Shown here piece after piece: positions 1-9,006 of a DNA stretch of 64,000 nt. Made by a program: the position numbers and the translations under genes. Location of the stretch: the sequence record MH791398.1. One strand, 5' to 3'. Within the stretch, counting starts at the first letter, position 1. Each line of letters begins with the position of its first letter. The notes under the pieces were generated by a model that searched no databases, was not told the origin of the DNA, and worked only from the letters and a program-made list of their open reading frames with translations.

Positions 1-2
1 CT

Positions 3-239
3 ACCGTCCGCCTCAATGATCAGCTCAATGACCTTCAAGTAAAACTGGAATTCATTCGCGAAACTAAGGCTGCTAACGAGCTGGGTGTCGCTTCCGCAGA
101 AGATGTGGTAGAAGCTGCCGCACTGGTTGATATCGATGTGAGTGAAGTTCTTACCCGAGTTAACACCTTTACCGGTGATAAGGTTACCCAAGTAAGTGAT
201 ATTGAAGTACAAGATTACATTGACTCCCTGAGCAAGTAA
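3..239 (+). CDS. 3' end of conserved T4-like coiled-coil protein (T4 e.6-like); partial, missed by ORF track
   Basis: Frame 3 reads ...LQVKLEFIRETKAANELGVASAEDVVEAAALVDIDVSEVLTRVNTFTG...VQDYIDSLSK*, closely matching the remembered C-terminus of a conserved T4 hypothetical ([27 protein letters not shown]...VQEYINSLK); the e.6 name is from memory. Confidence 0.7.
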   Translation, partial: TVRLNDQLNDLQVKLEFIRETKAANELGVASAEDVVEAAALVDIDVSEVLTRVNTFTGDKVTQVSDIEVQDYIDSLSK

Positions 240-250
240 TAGTAAGATAA

Positions 251-279
251 GGGGGTTGTCGAAAGGCAATCCCCTTTTT
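251..279 (+). terminator. Rho-independent terminator
   Basis: GGGGGTTGTC-GAAA-GGCAATCCCC followed by TTTTT. Confidence 0.85.
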
Positions 280-296
280 AAGTTTAAGGAAACATC

Positions 297-941
297 ATGA
301 AAATGTATGATATTAATCTAAACGAAATCGAACAGGAGCTTTCATCCATGTATAATGGTGTCGGATCAAAACCAAAAAACAATTCATATATCGGTATGAA
401 TGGGGAAGAAGTGAAAGATACCAACAAAGTTTTTAGAAATATGAATGCGGAATATCTCCATAAAAAAGGGTTGTCAGAAGTCGCCGCAATACTCGAAAAA
501 ACGGTAAAATCTCATACACCATCTCACCATTATCACAGTGAATATCGACAATATAAAAATACACGTACTCCGTTAGTTGCATATGTTGAATATGAAGAAG
601 AAGTTAAAAAATTTGTTAATCTCCTTCAAAAATCCGGAAATTTAAAGCTTTTGGGAATTGTTAGGTTGTCTTGGGATGCACTTGGGATGAATGATTCCAT
701 TAACGACTTTACAAACAACGACTTGTCTTCCGTACACTACAATGACAGTAAGGTGATGGTAAAAGTAAAATATAACGATTATACTTTTTGGATCCGAACC
801 AAACATATTGAAACTGTCAAGAGTTGTTACAATGAATATAAAGGAGATACCACGTCAACGTCAGAGAAAAAACCGATTATGTCTGACGAAATCTCGTCAT
901 TCATTAATTATTGTATCATTAATGTAAGGGGAGAAGTTTAA
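297..941 (+). CDS. hypothetical protein, paralog of 943..1563
   Basis: 214 aa ORF with RBS AAGGA; shares RLSWDALGMND, WIRTKHIE and ISSFINYCI with the next gene. Confidence 0.85.
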   Translation: MKMYDINLNEIEQELSSMYNGVGSKPKNNSYIGMNGEEVKDTNKVFRNMNAEYLHKKGLSEVAAILEKTVKSHTPSHHYHSEYRQYKNTRTPLVAYVEYEEEVKKFVNLLQKSGNLKLLGIVRLSWDALGMNDSINDFTNNDLSSVHYNDSKVMVKVKYNDYTFWIRTKHIETVKSCYNEYKGDTTSTSEKKPIMSDEISSFINYCIINVRGEV

Positions 942-942
942 G

Positions 943-1563
943 ATGGTTAAGATGTATTCAAAACATGACACAGAAGACTTGAATACGGTATCCAAAGAGA
1001 AGTCAAACAAACCACCGAAATATTTTAACAAGAATGCTAGTATGATTGCAAAGAATGCAACATGTGATGACCATCTTCATGTTGCAAAAGCGTTATCTGA
1101 TACGATGTGGTTTTCCAATTACAGTTCGGAGCTTTGGCTTAATACACATAGATCTTATATTGCAATGCCAATACTTAGAAATTCTGTTTATTTGTCTAAC
1201 AAAGGACAAGTACGTTCTTTTATCAAAAATCTCAAAAAATATGGTGATGTGTCACTTACAGGTAATGAATATGGTAGACTTTCTTATGAAGCAATTGGGA
1301 TGAACGATAATTCGTTTGATGTATCTTATTATAACCTCCCGATGGGTGATAGTTCCTCTAATAGATTTTTCATTATCATTGAATTCAATAGTATCAATGT
1401 TTGTATTCGTACCAGACATGTTGACCTTGTTTGGAATTTACTTAAAACAGTGAAAGTGAAAGAACAACAGGAAGTTAACTTAGACCCAATAGAGAAAAAC
1501 CCAGATATAAAATCTTTTGTCGATTATTGTGTTGCTATGTGCAAGTTGACACAAGAAAAATAA
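943..1563 (+). CDS. hypothetical protein, paralog of 297..941
   Basis: 206 aa; RLSYEAIGMND, CIRTRHVD, IKSFVDYCV. Confidence 0.85.
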   Translation: MVKMYSKHDTEDLNTVSKEKSNKPPKYFNKNASMIAKNATCDDHLHVAKALSDTMWFSNYSSELWLNTHRSYIAMPILRNSVYLSNKGQVRSFIKNLKKYGDVSLTGNEYGRLSYEAIGMNDNSFDVSYYNLPMGDSSSNRFFIIIEFNSINVCIRTRHVDLVWNLLKTVKVKEQQEVNLDPIEKNPDIKSFVDYCVAMCKLTQEK

Positions 1564-1598
1564 TATGTAATAATATTTAAAAATTGAGAGGATATATT

Positions 1599-2060
1599 AT
1601 GAATGCAAAATGGATTGTAAACGAATTGGGTGATCGCAAGAGTAACAATTGGGAATTGTCTGTTGTTATGAGTGATTACAAATTCCTTAAAGAATTCTCA
1701 TGGCCCAATAAAGACGGTAAGATTATTATCTGGGCTGGGTGGGGTAGGTCTATTATCCAACCAGAACTGATTCCAGTAGTCATCAAATTTGCACAAGAAA
1801 TGGCAGAAACCAAGAATAAGGAATTGGATGAACTCCGAGTGAAGGCTAGGAAATCTGGTTATTATTGGGTTCAAAAAAACCGATATGGATATGGTGCAGA
1901 TGATGGGTATGAGGGTATTGGTGATTGGTGTATTGCATTCTGGAATTCAGAAAATCTTGGTTGGACCCGTCGCGACTGGGACGACGACGAATGTAGTAAT
2001 GAGAACGACGATTATTGGAACGAGATAAACGAGAATCGTATTGAATATCCGGGGGTTTAA
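1599..2060 (+). CDS. hypothetical protein
   Basis: ATG at 1599 after GAGAGG RBS; the track start at 1584 is upstream TTG. Confidence 0.75.
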   Translation: MNAKWIVNELGDRKSNNWELSVVMSDYKFLKEFSWPNKDGKIIIWAGWGRSIIQPELIPVVIKFAQEMAETKNKELDELRVKARKSGYYWVQKNRYGYGADDGYEGIGDWCIAFWNSENLGWTRRDWDDDECSNENDDYWNEINENRIEYPGV

Positions 2061-2062
2061 TT

Positions 2063-2533
2063 ATGAACGGTCGTCGTATTCGTGGAATTAAACCCTCTAG
2101 AGTGACCAAGATTAATCGCCAAATCCAACTAATGAACGATCAGATAGCAAACTGTCATCGTATTTTAGAAGAGGTAGAATACACATTGCAGCCCGGTGAT
2201 TATCTAGGTGGTAGGATAGAAGATCATTATAATTACAGTACATGGAGAACTGTCGGGGTATTAAATCTAACAGACCATTTTATTGTAAGATATTTCCAAC
2301 GAGTGGAAAATATCAAAGTTAAAGACTCAGATATCATTAAAGAATATCCAGAATTCACACCAGCAGATAGAGACATGTATACTGTCTGGTATATGGGACG
2401 GGTTGGTATCCTAGATGTAAATGCACAAATCCGAATCCGAGAATTTGTAAAGAATCCACCAGATTCTTTACGAGTAGTAAGAAACCAAGATCGAGTAATT
2501 ACAATCCTTACGGAGAATCAATATGAATATTAA
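2063..2533 (+). CDS. hypothetical protein with possible RelE/DUF4258-like RNase motif
   Basis: LTDHFIVRYFQR motif and C-terminal VVRNQDRVITIL strand. Confidence 0.45.
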   Translation: MNGRRIRGIKPSRVTKINRQIQLMNDQIANCHRILEEVEYTLQPGDYLGGRIEDHYNYSTWRTVGVLNLTDHFIVRYFQRVENIKVKDSDIIKEYPEFTPADRDMYTVWYMGRVGILDVNAQIRIREFVKNPPDSLRVVRNQDRVITILTENQYEY

Positions 2534-3121
2534 ATTTGACGAATTTAAACTGTTGGAAAACATTCAAATCGGTAAGATCTCTTTTATTTCCGTTGTATAT
2601 GAACCAGATTATTTCGGTATGGAAGACCGATATCATGCGATGGAAAGCCATACTGTGTATTATGATGCACTACGAAATTTGTTCTTCACAAAAGAGGTTT
2701 ATAGTTCTTTCCGTAAGTTGGAAGACCTAATTAAATTTTATCGAGATTATGTTGGTGACGTCCGTTCTTATCGTGATGTTGAAAACGATATTTTCCACCA
2801 AGATATTATTTGCCTATGATATTATGGGGACGTTAGGTCCCCTTTAACTTTTTAGAGGTGTTTATGTTACATAGAATTGGTGGTCCCGTATTTTATATTA
2901 AAAAAGATGGGTATCCATGTTGGGCTCATGAACATGGAGCCAAAGAAATCCATTGCACAATAATGATGTTACCCGGTAATACATATGAGGAATCTTTATC
3001 TTTTATAGAAAAAGAAAGCTCAAATGCAAAAACCCATTTTTACGCTGGTCAATTTGTTTGTTATACAGGAAATGGTGATGGTGTTATGATATGGGGGCAT
3101 ATAGGCGAACGGTATGAATGA
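2523..3121 (+). CDS. two hypothetical proteins (2523..2819, 2858..3121) with a terminator-like hairpin GGGGAC-GTTAG-GTCCCC-TTT between them
   Basis: ORF track, tight packing, hairpin at about 2827-2850. Confidence 0.7.
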
Positions 3122-4268
3122 GTCATATGATTACGTGATAATGAATCCACCATATAACAGGAATCTTCACTTAGACTTCTTTAACAAAGCGAGTTGTATT
3201 GGGAGAGAGATAATTTGTGTGCATCCATCTGCACCATTTTTCAATCGTCGCCCGGTAAAAGAACAGAAACGTGTGGTTGAATTTAAAAGTGTGGTTGGAG
3301 AAAACATAACATCGATGGAACTAATCGATGGTAACCTTTATTTTTCTGCTGGGTTGTTTGTTCCATTATCCATAACCCATACAATAATGGGTATCCCATT
3401 TGATGGGTATATCGATGTATATGGGCCTATGACTAATGGCAGAAATAGGATGAAGGTTGATGAACTAAACTATTTCGGAACCCAGATCTTAAAGCTATAT
3501 GAAGCGCTACCAATTCAAAAGAACCTTTTAAATAGCCAGAATCCAGAAGGAAACTATTTCGTTAACATTGGATTAATCCGTGGGCACGTACCAATAGCAG
3601 GTGAAAGGTTTAACGCGGATTTCTTTACTATGGTTCCAAAAGAATATTCTGTTGAAACGAAACCAAATCTTAAATGGCACCACTATGGATTTGATACTTT
3701 AGAAGAAGCTAATAAGTTCTTGGATTATATCAAATCTGATTATGCTAGGGTGTTCTTGGCACTGTATAAGAATAATCAACACCTCGATTCTGGAACCCTA
3801 GCATCAGTACCGTACCCAGACCTCACCAAACCTCTCCCAACGATTCGTGATTGGATTTGTGGTTATATGGGTGTGTTACCCTACTATGACGTAGAAACGC
3901 GAGGTAGATACCATTCAGGGACGCACACAGAGGATAAGAATCGAGTTGCTTCTGAGTTTGATTTAGAGCGCCAGAAATCCACACACGAGGTGTTTACCCC
4001 AGACGTGGTTACTGATATGTTACTTGACCGTGTTGTTAACTGGGATGGGTCATTCTGTGATCCGGCGTGTGGTGATGGGAATATCCTATACCGTATCGCA
4101 GAACGTCGGTTAGATATGGGGCATGACAAGGAAACTATCGCTAACCAGATATTCGGGTTTGACATAGTTGAATCTAACGTGGTAGCCTGTCGTCAACGTC
4201 TGGCGAACCTTCTCGGGTATCCAGAAGTATTTGACGAGCACATTGTTTGTAAGGACTTTTTAAAATGA
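3114..4268 (+). CDS. N6-adenine DNA methyltransferase, circularly permuted motif order
   Basis: N-terminal DYVIMNPPY (motif IV); C-terminal EVFTP (X), FCDPACGDGNIL (I), IFGFDI (II), CKDFL (III). Confidence 0.85.
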   Translation: MNESYDYVIMNPPYNRNLHLDFFNKASCIGREIICVHPSAPFFNRRPVKEQKRVVEFKSVVGENITSMELIDGNLYFSAGLFVPLSITHTIMGIPFDGYIDVYGPMTNGRNRMKVDELNYFGTQILKLYEALPIQKNLLNSQNPEGNYFVNIGLIRGHVPIAGERFNADFFTMVPKEYSVETKPNLKWHHYGFDTLEEANKFLDYIKSDYARVFLALYKNNQHLDSGTLASVPYPDLTKPLPTIRDWICGYMGVLPYYDVETRGRYHSGTHTEDKNRVASEFDLERQKSTHEVFTPDVVTDMLLDRVVNWDGSFCDPACGDGNILYRIAERRLDMGHDKETIANQIFGFDIVESNVVACRQRLANLLGYPEVFDEHIVCKDFLK

Positions 4269-4651
4269 TTGAACCTATTAGCACAATTTTTGGGTTATTG
4301 GTGTTTTACCAAATAAAGCATTACTCAGCAGATTACCTTCTACAAGGTAAGTATATGCTTGGGAAATTTAAAGAGGTTGGTTGGGTTACACCACTGGCTG
4401 CACATTGTACTGTACATGCATTAATGACAATGTTCGTTGCGATCATTATGGGTTTGAACATATGGGCTGTACTCGGTCTTACTCTTTTTGATTTTATCTC
4501 TCACTTCTTTATTGATAAAATGAAAGTTGAATTAAGTCGAGGTCACACACCACAAGAGCCGGTATTTTGGTATCATCTCGGGCTAGATCAAATGGCACAC
4601 CATCTTGTTCATTACGCAATAATTTTTACTATCGTGAAAATTCTTTTTTAA
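4265..4651 (+). CDS. DUF3307-like membrane protein
   Basis: KHYSADYLLQ, AAHCTVH, SHFFIDKMK and LGLDQMAHH His/Asp motifs between hydrophobic helices. Confidence 0.75.
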   Translation: MIEPISTIFGLLVFYQIKHYSADYLLQGKYMLGKFKEVGWVTPLAAHCTVHALMTMFVAIIMGLNIWAVLGLTLFDFISHFFIDKMKVELSRGHTPQEPVFWYHLGLDQMAHHLVHYAIIFTIVKILF

Positions 4652-4657
4652 AAGTAG

Positions 4658-4685
4658 TTGATCTCATATCTAACTCGTGTATACT
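4658..4685 (+). promoter_or_regulatory. early sigma70-like promoter
   Basis: TTGATC-16-TATACT with TG extension. Confidence 0.6.
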
Positions 4686-4717
4686 ACTCATATCAACTAA
4701 CGAGAAGGAAGAAAGAT

Positions 4718-5005
4718 ATGGTAATCGCACTTGGTTTTGTTGCTGGTGTTTGTTTCGTAAAATCGGTACAGGCTACTCGCGCAGCATATCAACGCGCTTT
4801 CACTACTGGCTATATCGTAGCCGGTCTTTCTTCCATATCTCTTCTTGCCATGTCTTAAGGGGATGTTATGACTTTTGCTCTGTTTGCAACCGGGTTTGGT
4901 TTAGGTACTGCTTTTATGGTATCGAAGAAAAAGAAACATAAGGTTATTGTGGTTGGTGTGAGTATTATTGCTGTTCTTGTTGAGGTTTTCCTACTTCCTA
5001 AATAG
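4718..5005 (+). CDS. two small membrane peptides (4718..4858, 46 aa; 4868..5005, 45 aa)
   Basis: RBS-preceded ATGs and hydrophobic translations (MVIALGFVAG..., MTFALFATGFGLG...). Confidence 0.6.
4997..5004 (+). promoter_or_regulatory. putative late promoter CCTAAATA
   Basis: Same 8-mer lies upstream of the spanins (60123) and the tail fibre gene (60853); variant of T4 late TATAAATA; 30 nt upstream of ATG 5034. Confidence 0.55.
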
Positions 5006-5033
5006 ATATGTAGATCTACGAAAGGAAAACAAC

Positions 5034-5909
5034 ATGTTGAAAACTAAAGAATTGTTCGAAACCCTGACCCGGTTTGATGAACAAATGGCACAAAGCCGAA
5101 ATCAAAAGGTCGAACTTACTAAAGATCAGGAATTCGAACTTAGCAAACAATCAAAGCTACCTGTTTCTATGCGGGTTGGTGCGTTTAAGGTTCAAAGTTC
5201 TGTTCATGCTCAAGCTCGCGCACACCAGCGAGCCGCTGCTAAAACGGCGGAAGAGTGGAAAGATTTTGCTCGAAAGATGGTAAAACACGTAGAAGCAAAC
5301 AAGATTAAGAATGGTACTTATATGTTCCATTCCCAATCGGAAAACCGCTCTGTAGTTGGTTCTGTAAAGGGTCGAGAAATCAATATAGTAACTGTGTTCC
5401 CAAAAGGAACTGGTGGTAAAATTTCTCATAAACAACAAGCTGCTGGACAAAAAAGCGCAATGATGGAATCGCTCGTTGAATCTCTTATGATACAAGACGA
5501 GTTTGAGTCTATGCTAAATGAAGCCAAGAATATCATTGGTTCTGATATAGATGGGGTTGAGGTGTTTGACCTTGACGAGGCAACAGAAAAGGCTGTTTCC
5601 GAAATGCCAGATGAACACAAGCCATACTGTCGTGATATTTGGCAGGATCCAATTCATCGGTCAACTGGGTCGGTTGCCCAGTTTGGTACAATTTTTCTTG
5701 ATGATTCTAACGATCCCGGTTTCCCTTTGATGATCGGTGATGTAAAGAAGGCTAAAATTGGAATCGGTGGTGAATATATTCCCATTGACCTTCGTCTAGA
5801 TTCCGGGAAATATGCATATGGTTCCATGGATGAACTAAAAGAGTTCCATCATGTGGATCTATATGATACAATTGCCGCTAGAAACTATGGGTATGGGAAG
5901 GATTACTAA
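5034..5909 (+). CDS. putative internal head protein with RegB/RelE-like N-terminal domain
   Basis: True start ATG 5034 (RBS AAAGGA); FKVQSSVHAQARAHQR...INIVTVFPKG; several xxE gp21-like sites (LVES, LNEA, LDEA). Confidence 0.5.
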   Translation: MLKTKELFETLTRFDEQMAQSRNQKVELTKDQEFELSKQSKLPVSMRVGAFKVQSSVHAQARAHQRAAAKTAEEWKDFARKMVKHVEANKIKNGTYMFHSQSENRSVVGSVKGREINIVTVFPKGTGGKISHKQQAAGQKSAMMESLVESLMIQDEFESMLNEAKNIIGSDIDGVEVFDLDEATEKAVSEMPDEHKPYCRDIWQDPIHRSTGSVAQFGTIFLDDSNDPGFPLMIGDVKKAKIGIGGEYIPIDLRLDSGKYAYGSMDELKEFHHVDLYDTIAARNYGYGKDY

Positions 5910-5910
5910 A

Positions 5911-6243
5911 ATGTTAAAGAATAAAGAATTTTTCGAACGAATCGATGAATCGTTTCAAATGAAAACATCCAAGGATTACAACCGGATTGTAAACCAATAC
6001 ATTTCTATTCTGAACAGTGTTCAAGCAAAAATGAATACTGCCGGTATGCGTGAGGCAAAACGTTTCTATGAAGTCCAAATGGGTGAATGGAAGCGTTGGG
6101 TAAAAGAAAACGTAGATATTACCAAGGTTAACATCAGCCCTATTGAGGATTTTGGTAAGATTACTTGGAAACGGTCTCAGTCTGACACACAACAAAGTTT
6201 TAACATCGCACACGGTAAACTTACCGGTATGCTCAAGAAATAA
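5911..6243 (+). CDS. putative internal head protein
   Basis: Start MLKNKEFFERIDES resembles a capsid-targeting leader; track start 5851 is upstream GTG. Confidence 0.5.
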   Translation: MLKNKEFFERIDESFQMKTSKDYNRIVNQYISILNSVQAKMNTAGMREAKRFYEVQMGEWKRWVKENVDITKVNISPIEDFGKITWKRSQSDTQQSFNIAHGKLTGMLKK

Positions 6244-6251
6244 GGAACAAA

Positions 6252-6524
6252 ATGAAAAAGTTTAATGAACTGGATAACCGCCTCGACGAGTCTATGATTG
6301 CAGAATCCAAAGATCTGATCAGTTCTGACTTCAAAAACTCCATTGCAAAGTTTTTTAATACTTGGATTGAACATCACGAACTAAAGTTTGGTTCTTTCGA
6401 AGCTAAGGCTAAATGGTCGGGAGAACAAATTGCAAAGAAAACCGCTATCGGTAAAGCGGCTGTTATGTTTGCTATGGGTCAAAACAAAGATGTTGTTGAT
6501 GCAGTAATGAAAGCCAAGAAATAA
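6252..6524 (+). CDS. putative internal head protein; paralog of 40112..40291
   Basis: MKKFNEL...LDESMIAES leader resembles the T4 CTS MKTYQEFIAE. Confidence 0.55.
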   Translation: MKKFNELDNRLDESMIAESKDLISSDFKNSIAKFFNTWIEHHELKFGSFEAKAKWSGEQIAKKTAIGKAAVMFAMGQNKDVVDAVMKAKK

Positions 6525-6528
6525 TTTT

Positions 6529-6578
6529 ATGGAGTCTTGCGAGAAATCGCTTGACTCCATTTTTGTTTCTGATACTAT
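6529..6578 (+). terminator. terminator overlapping an early promoter (PeSL-like cassette)
   Basis: ATGGAGTC..GCGA-GAAA-TCGC..GACTCCAT then TTTT; TTGACT (6551) in the 3' arm, TACTAT at 6573. Confidence 0.8.
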
Positions 6579-6602
6579 GGATTCTCAAACGAGAGGTGTT
6601 TT

Positions 6603-8645
6603 ATGAAAATCCAATTTATCAATGAAGATGTACGAAAAGTTGTGGTTTCAAAAGGTAAATCGTTGGCTGGGAAAAACGAATGGCTCATCGAGATCCCACG
6701 AAGTGAGAATTTCATCGTTGTTAATTTCAACGGAAACCCGTTGAGAGAGATTGATAATGCTGCGGTTGTTAGCTGGTCTTTCAACGGGCGGGACACCATG
6801 GAATATCTAAAAGAGATCCATAAAGACATCTACTATCAGACTTATATGGATATGTTACACACTCTCATTCTTCCAATGTTGGAGAGGGTTTAATTATGTG
6901 GACTGGTAAATTTGTTGTAAAATCATTTGTTCAATTGTCAAGAGAGTTTGAGTCTCTGAAAAAATACGAATATCGAGCATTCGAGAGTTCGGTGGAATCT
7001 TTACTGAATGATCTATACCCTATTGCATCGGCAAAAGGTTATGATGTATTATGTTGGTCGATGGTCCCAACCCACGATAGAAGTCCACATGTTTCTGTGA
7101 TGTTTACATTTAAATCTAGGAGCTAAAAATGAAACAATCTCGTATCGATAACGTAAACAACAAATCAATCGAAAAGTTCATCAACGTAATCAAAAGCCAG
7201 ATACGAAAAGTTCAGGAACAGGACTTTTATGATGCGGTTGCGGCCATTCCGGACGAATTGAAGTTTGATATTGTCCGTACCTTGAAAGACCTTCGTAAAG
7301 AACATCTGGGGAAAATCGATATTGTGGAAACCCCTTTTAATTCTGGTGTTGTCCGTGTAGAATATGAATTCAAGATTAATGGGAAAGTCCCAGTAAAAAT
7401 GGTGTACCATTGTTCCGATAAGATCACATTCCTTATCACAGAAGGGAAGTTTGAATCGGTTACCGGTGTTGAACAATGAAATATTTGGTAATAGGTACTT
7501 TACTTGGTATCTTGGCTATAGTAAACTCAGATGTATTCCAGAGTGAAAACGTAGATCTTCTTGAAGATTCCGTGTCTGGACTTAGTATTTTAATTGAACA
7601 AATGGAGAAATAGAAATGAAAAAGATGATTATCGCAATCCTTGCTGTACTGTCCTTATCTGCCTGTACTGATGCAGACGGAGCCCGTCGTGTATTGACCC
7701 AAAACGGATATACAAACGTTCATGTGGGTGGTTATGCTTGGTTTAGCTGTAGTGAAAAAGACACCTTTGCAACCAAGTTTACCGCAGTAAATCAAGCATC
7801 TGGTCAGGTTGTAAACGGTGCTGTCTGTTCTGGTTTGCTCTTTAAAAATTCCACCATCCGGTTTGAATAAGGTTTATTGATATGAGTAATCATGTATTGC
7901 GTGTGTATCGTTGGAAGGATGAATCGTCGAAAGACAAATGGTCTATTTCCGCTAGTGGTTATCAAAAGCTAGTTGCAATCTCCAACGACGTGATGAATCT
8001 TGAGGTTCTTGTTTGTGGATGTGATACCTACCAAGGTCGAAACCATGTAATGAAAATCGATGGGATTGATTACGATTATGGCGTATCAATCTTCACGACC
8101 GACGACATCGAGAATTTTTTGGTGGAATTATCGAAGGATGAAGTGGAGAAACTTTTCAAATGAAAGTAAAATATTTTGTATGGAAAGACGATAAATCCAA
8201 AGAAGATTGGAAAAATGATTTTTATAAACAACTTGGATTTGATCTGGAACAGTACAAGCCAATAGTTGATGAGATTTACAATATTGATACCCCGATGAAA
8301 TGTGTCATGAGTGACCGTTGGGAACAAACCATTGACACGGTTAATGATATTGGGATCCCCGGTTGGTTAATGTTTAGCATGAGTGATATTGTGGAAAAGG
8401 TTATCGTTGAGGTAGACCCCCCACATCAAGAGGTTAATATGAAAGAGCCTAAACTAGTAGAGCAAGGGTTTATCCCTGAAAGCGGTATGTTTACTGCTGT
8501 GTGGATAGAAAATGGTGTTATTCGTTCTGAGGATTTTATTGCCGAGGGTAATATGGTTGCAATCGCACGTATGCCTGAAATAAAATTCCCGTTGATTGAG
8601 TTAATTTTCCCTTCCAATTATAAAATTTTTGCTATCGAGGAATAA
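6603..8645 (+). CDS. run of small hypothetical proteins (6603..6893, 6896..7126, 7129..7479, 7476..7613, 7882..8163, 8160..8645)
   Basis: Abutting ORFs with RBSs; 7476..7613 (45 aa) found by manual translation. Confidence 0.7.
7616..7870 (+). CDS. predicted lipoprotein
   Basis: Signal peptide with lipobox LSAC; two further Cys. Confidence 0.8.
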   Translation: MKKMIIAILAVLSLSACTDADGARRVLTQNGYTNVHVGGYAWFSCSEKDTFATKFTAVNQASGQVVNGAVCSGLLFKNSTIRFE

Positions 8646-8647
8646 AG

Positions 8648-8911
8648 ATGAAAGTACGTTTTAAAAGTGACCAATGCTATGATGAATTTATGTCTACAAT
8701 TAGTGATGAAATTGTGACATCAGAAACCTCGTGGGCAAGCAAGGACGTACATGATATCTTTTCTAATATTGCACCAGACGAGGTATTTGAGGTAGAATTT
8801 ACCGATAAAAATGAAATCAAAGCGGTAAATGGGTTCCGACCGTTTGACGAAGGTTCTACATTCACAGTTATGTTCAAAGACGAAGTAGATAACTATCTAG
8901 ATTTCGTTTAA
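8648..8911 (+). CDS. MK(I/V)RFK family small protein
   Basis: N-terminus MKVRFKSDQCYDEF. Confidence 0.7.
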   Translation: MKVRFKSDQCYDEFMSTISDEIVTSETSWASKDVHDIFSNIAPDEVFEVEFTDKNEIKAVNGFRPFDEGSTFTVMFKDEVDNYLDFV

Positions 8912-8920
8912 TTAAGCCCC

Positions 8921-9001
8921 TAGGAAGCTCTACAATCAATTCTAAAAGTAATCCTATAACTTTGTATCGGTTTTGAATAGAATTGATTGTAGAGCTTCCT
9001 A
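8921..9001. repeat. perfect 24-bp inverted repeat with 33-nt spacer
   Basis: TAGGAAGCTCTACAATCAATTCTA (8921-8944) / TAGAATTGATTGTAGAGCTTCCTA (8978-9001). Confidence 0.95.
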
Positions 9002-9006
9002 TGAGG

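Noticed and set aside
297-1563. Possible MotA or Alc homologs
   Set aside because: No recognisable similarity to remembered T4 MotA or Alc sequences
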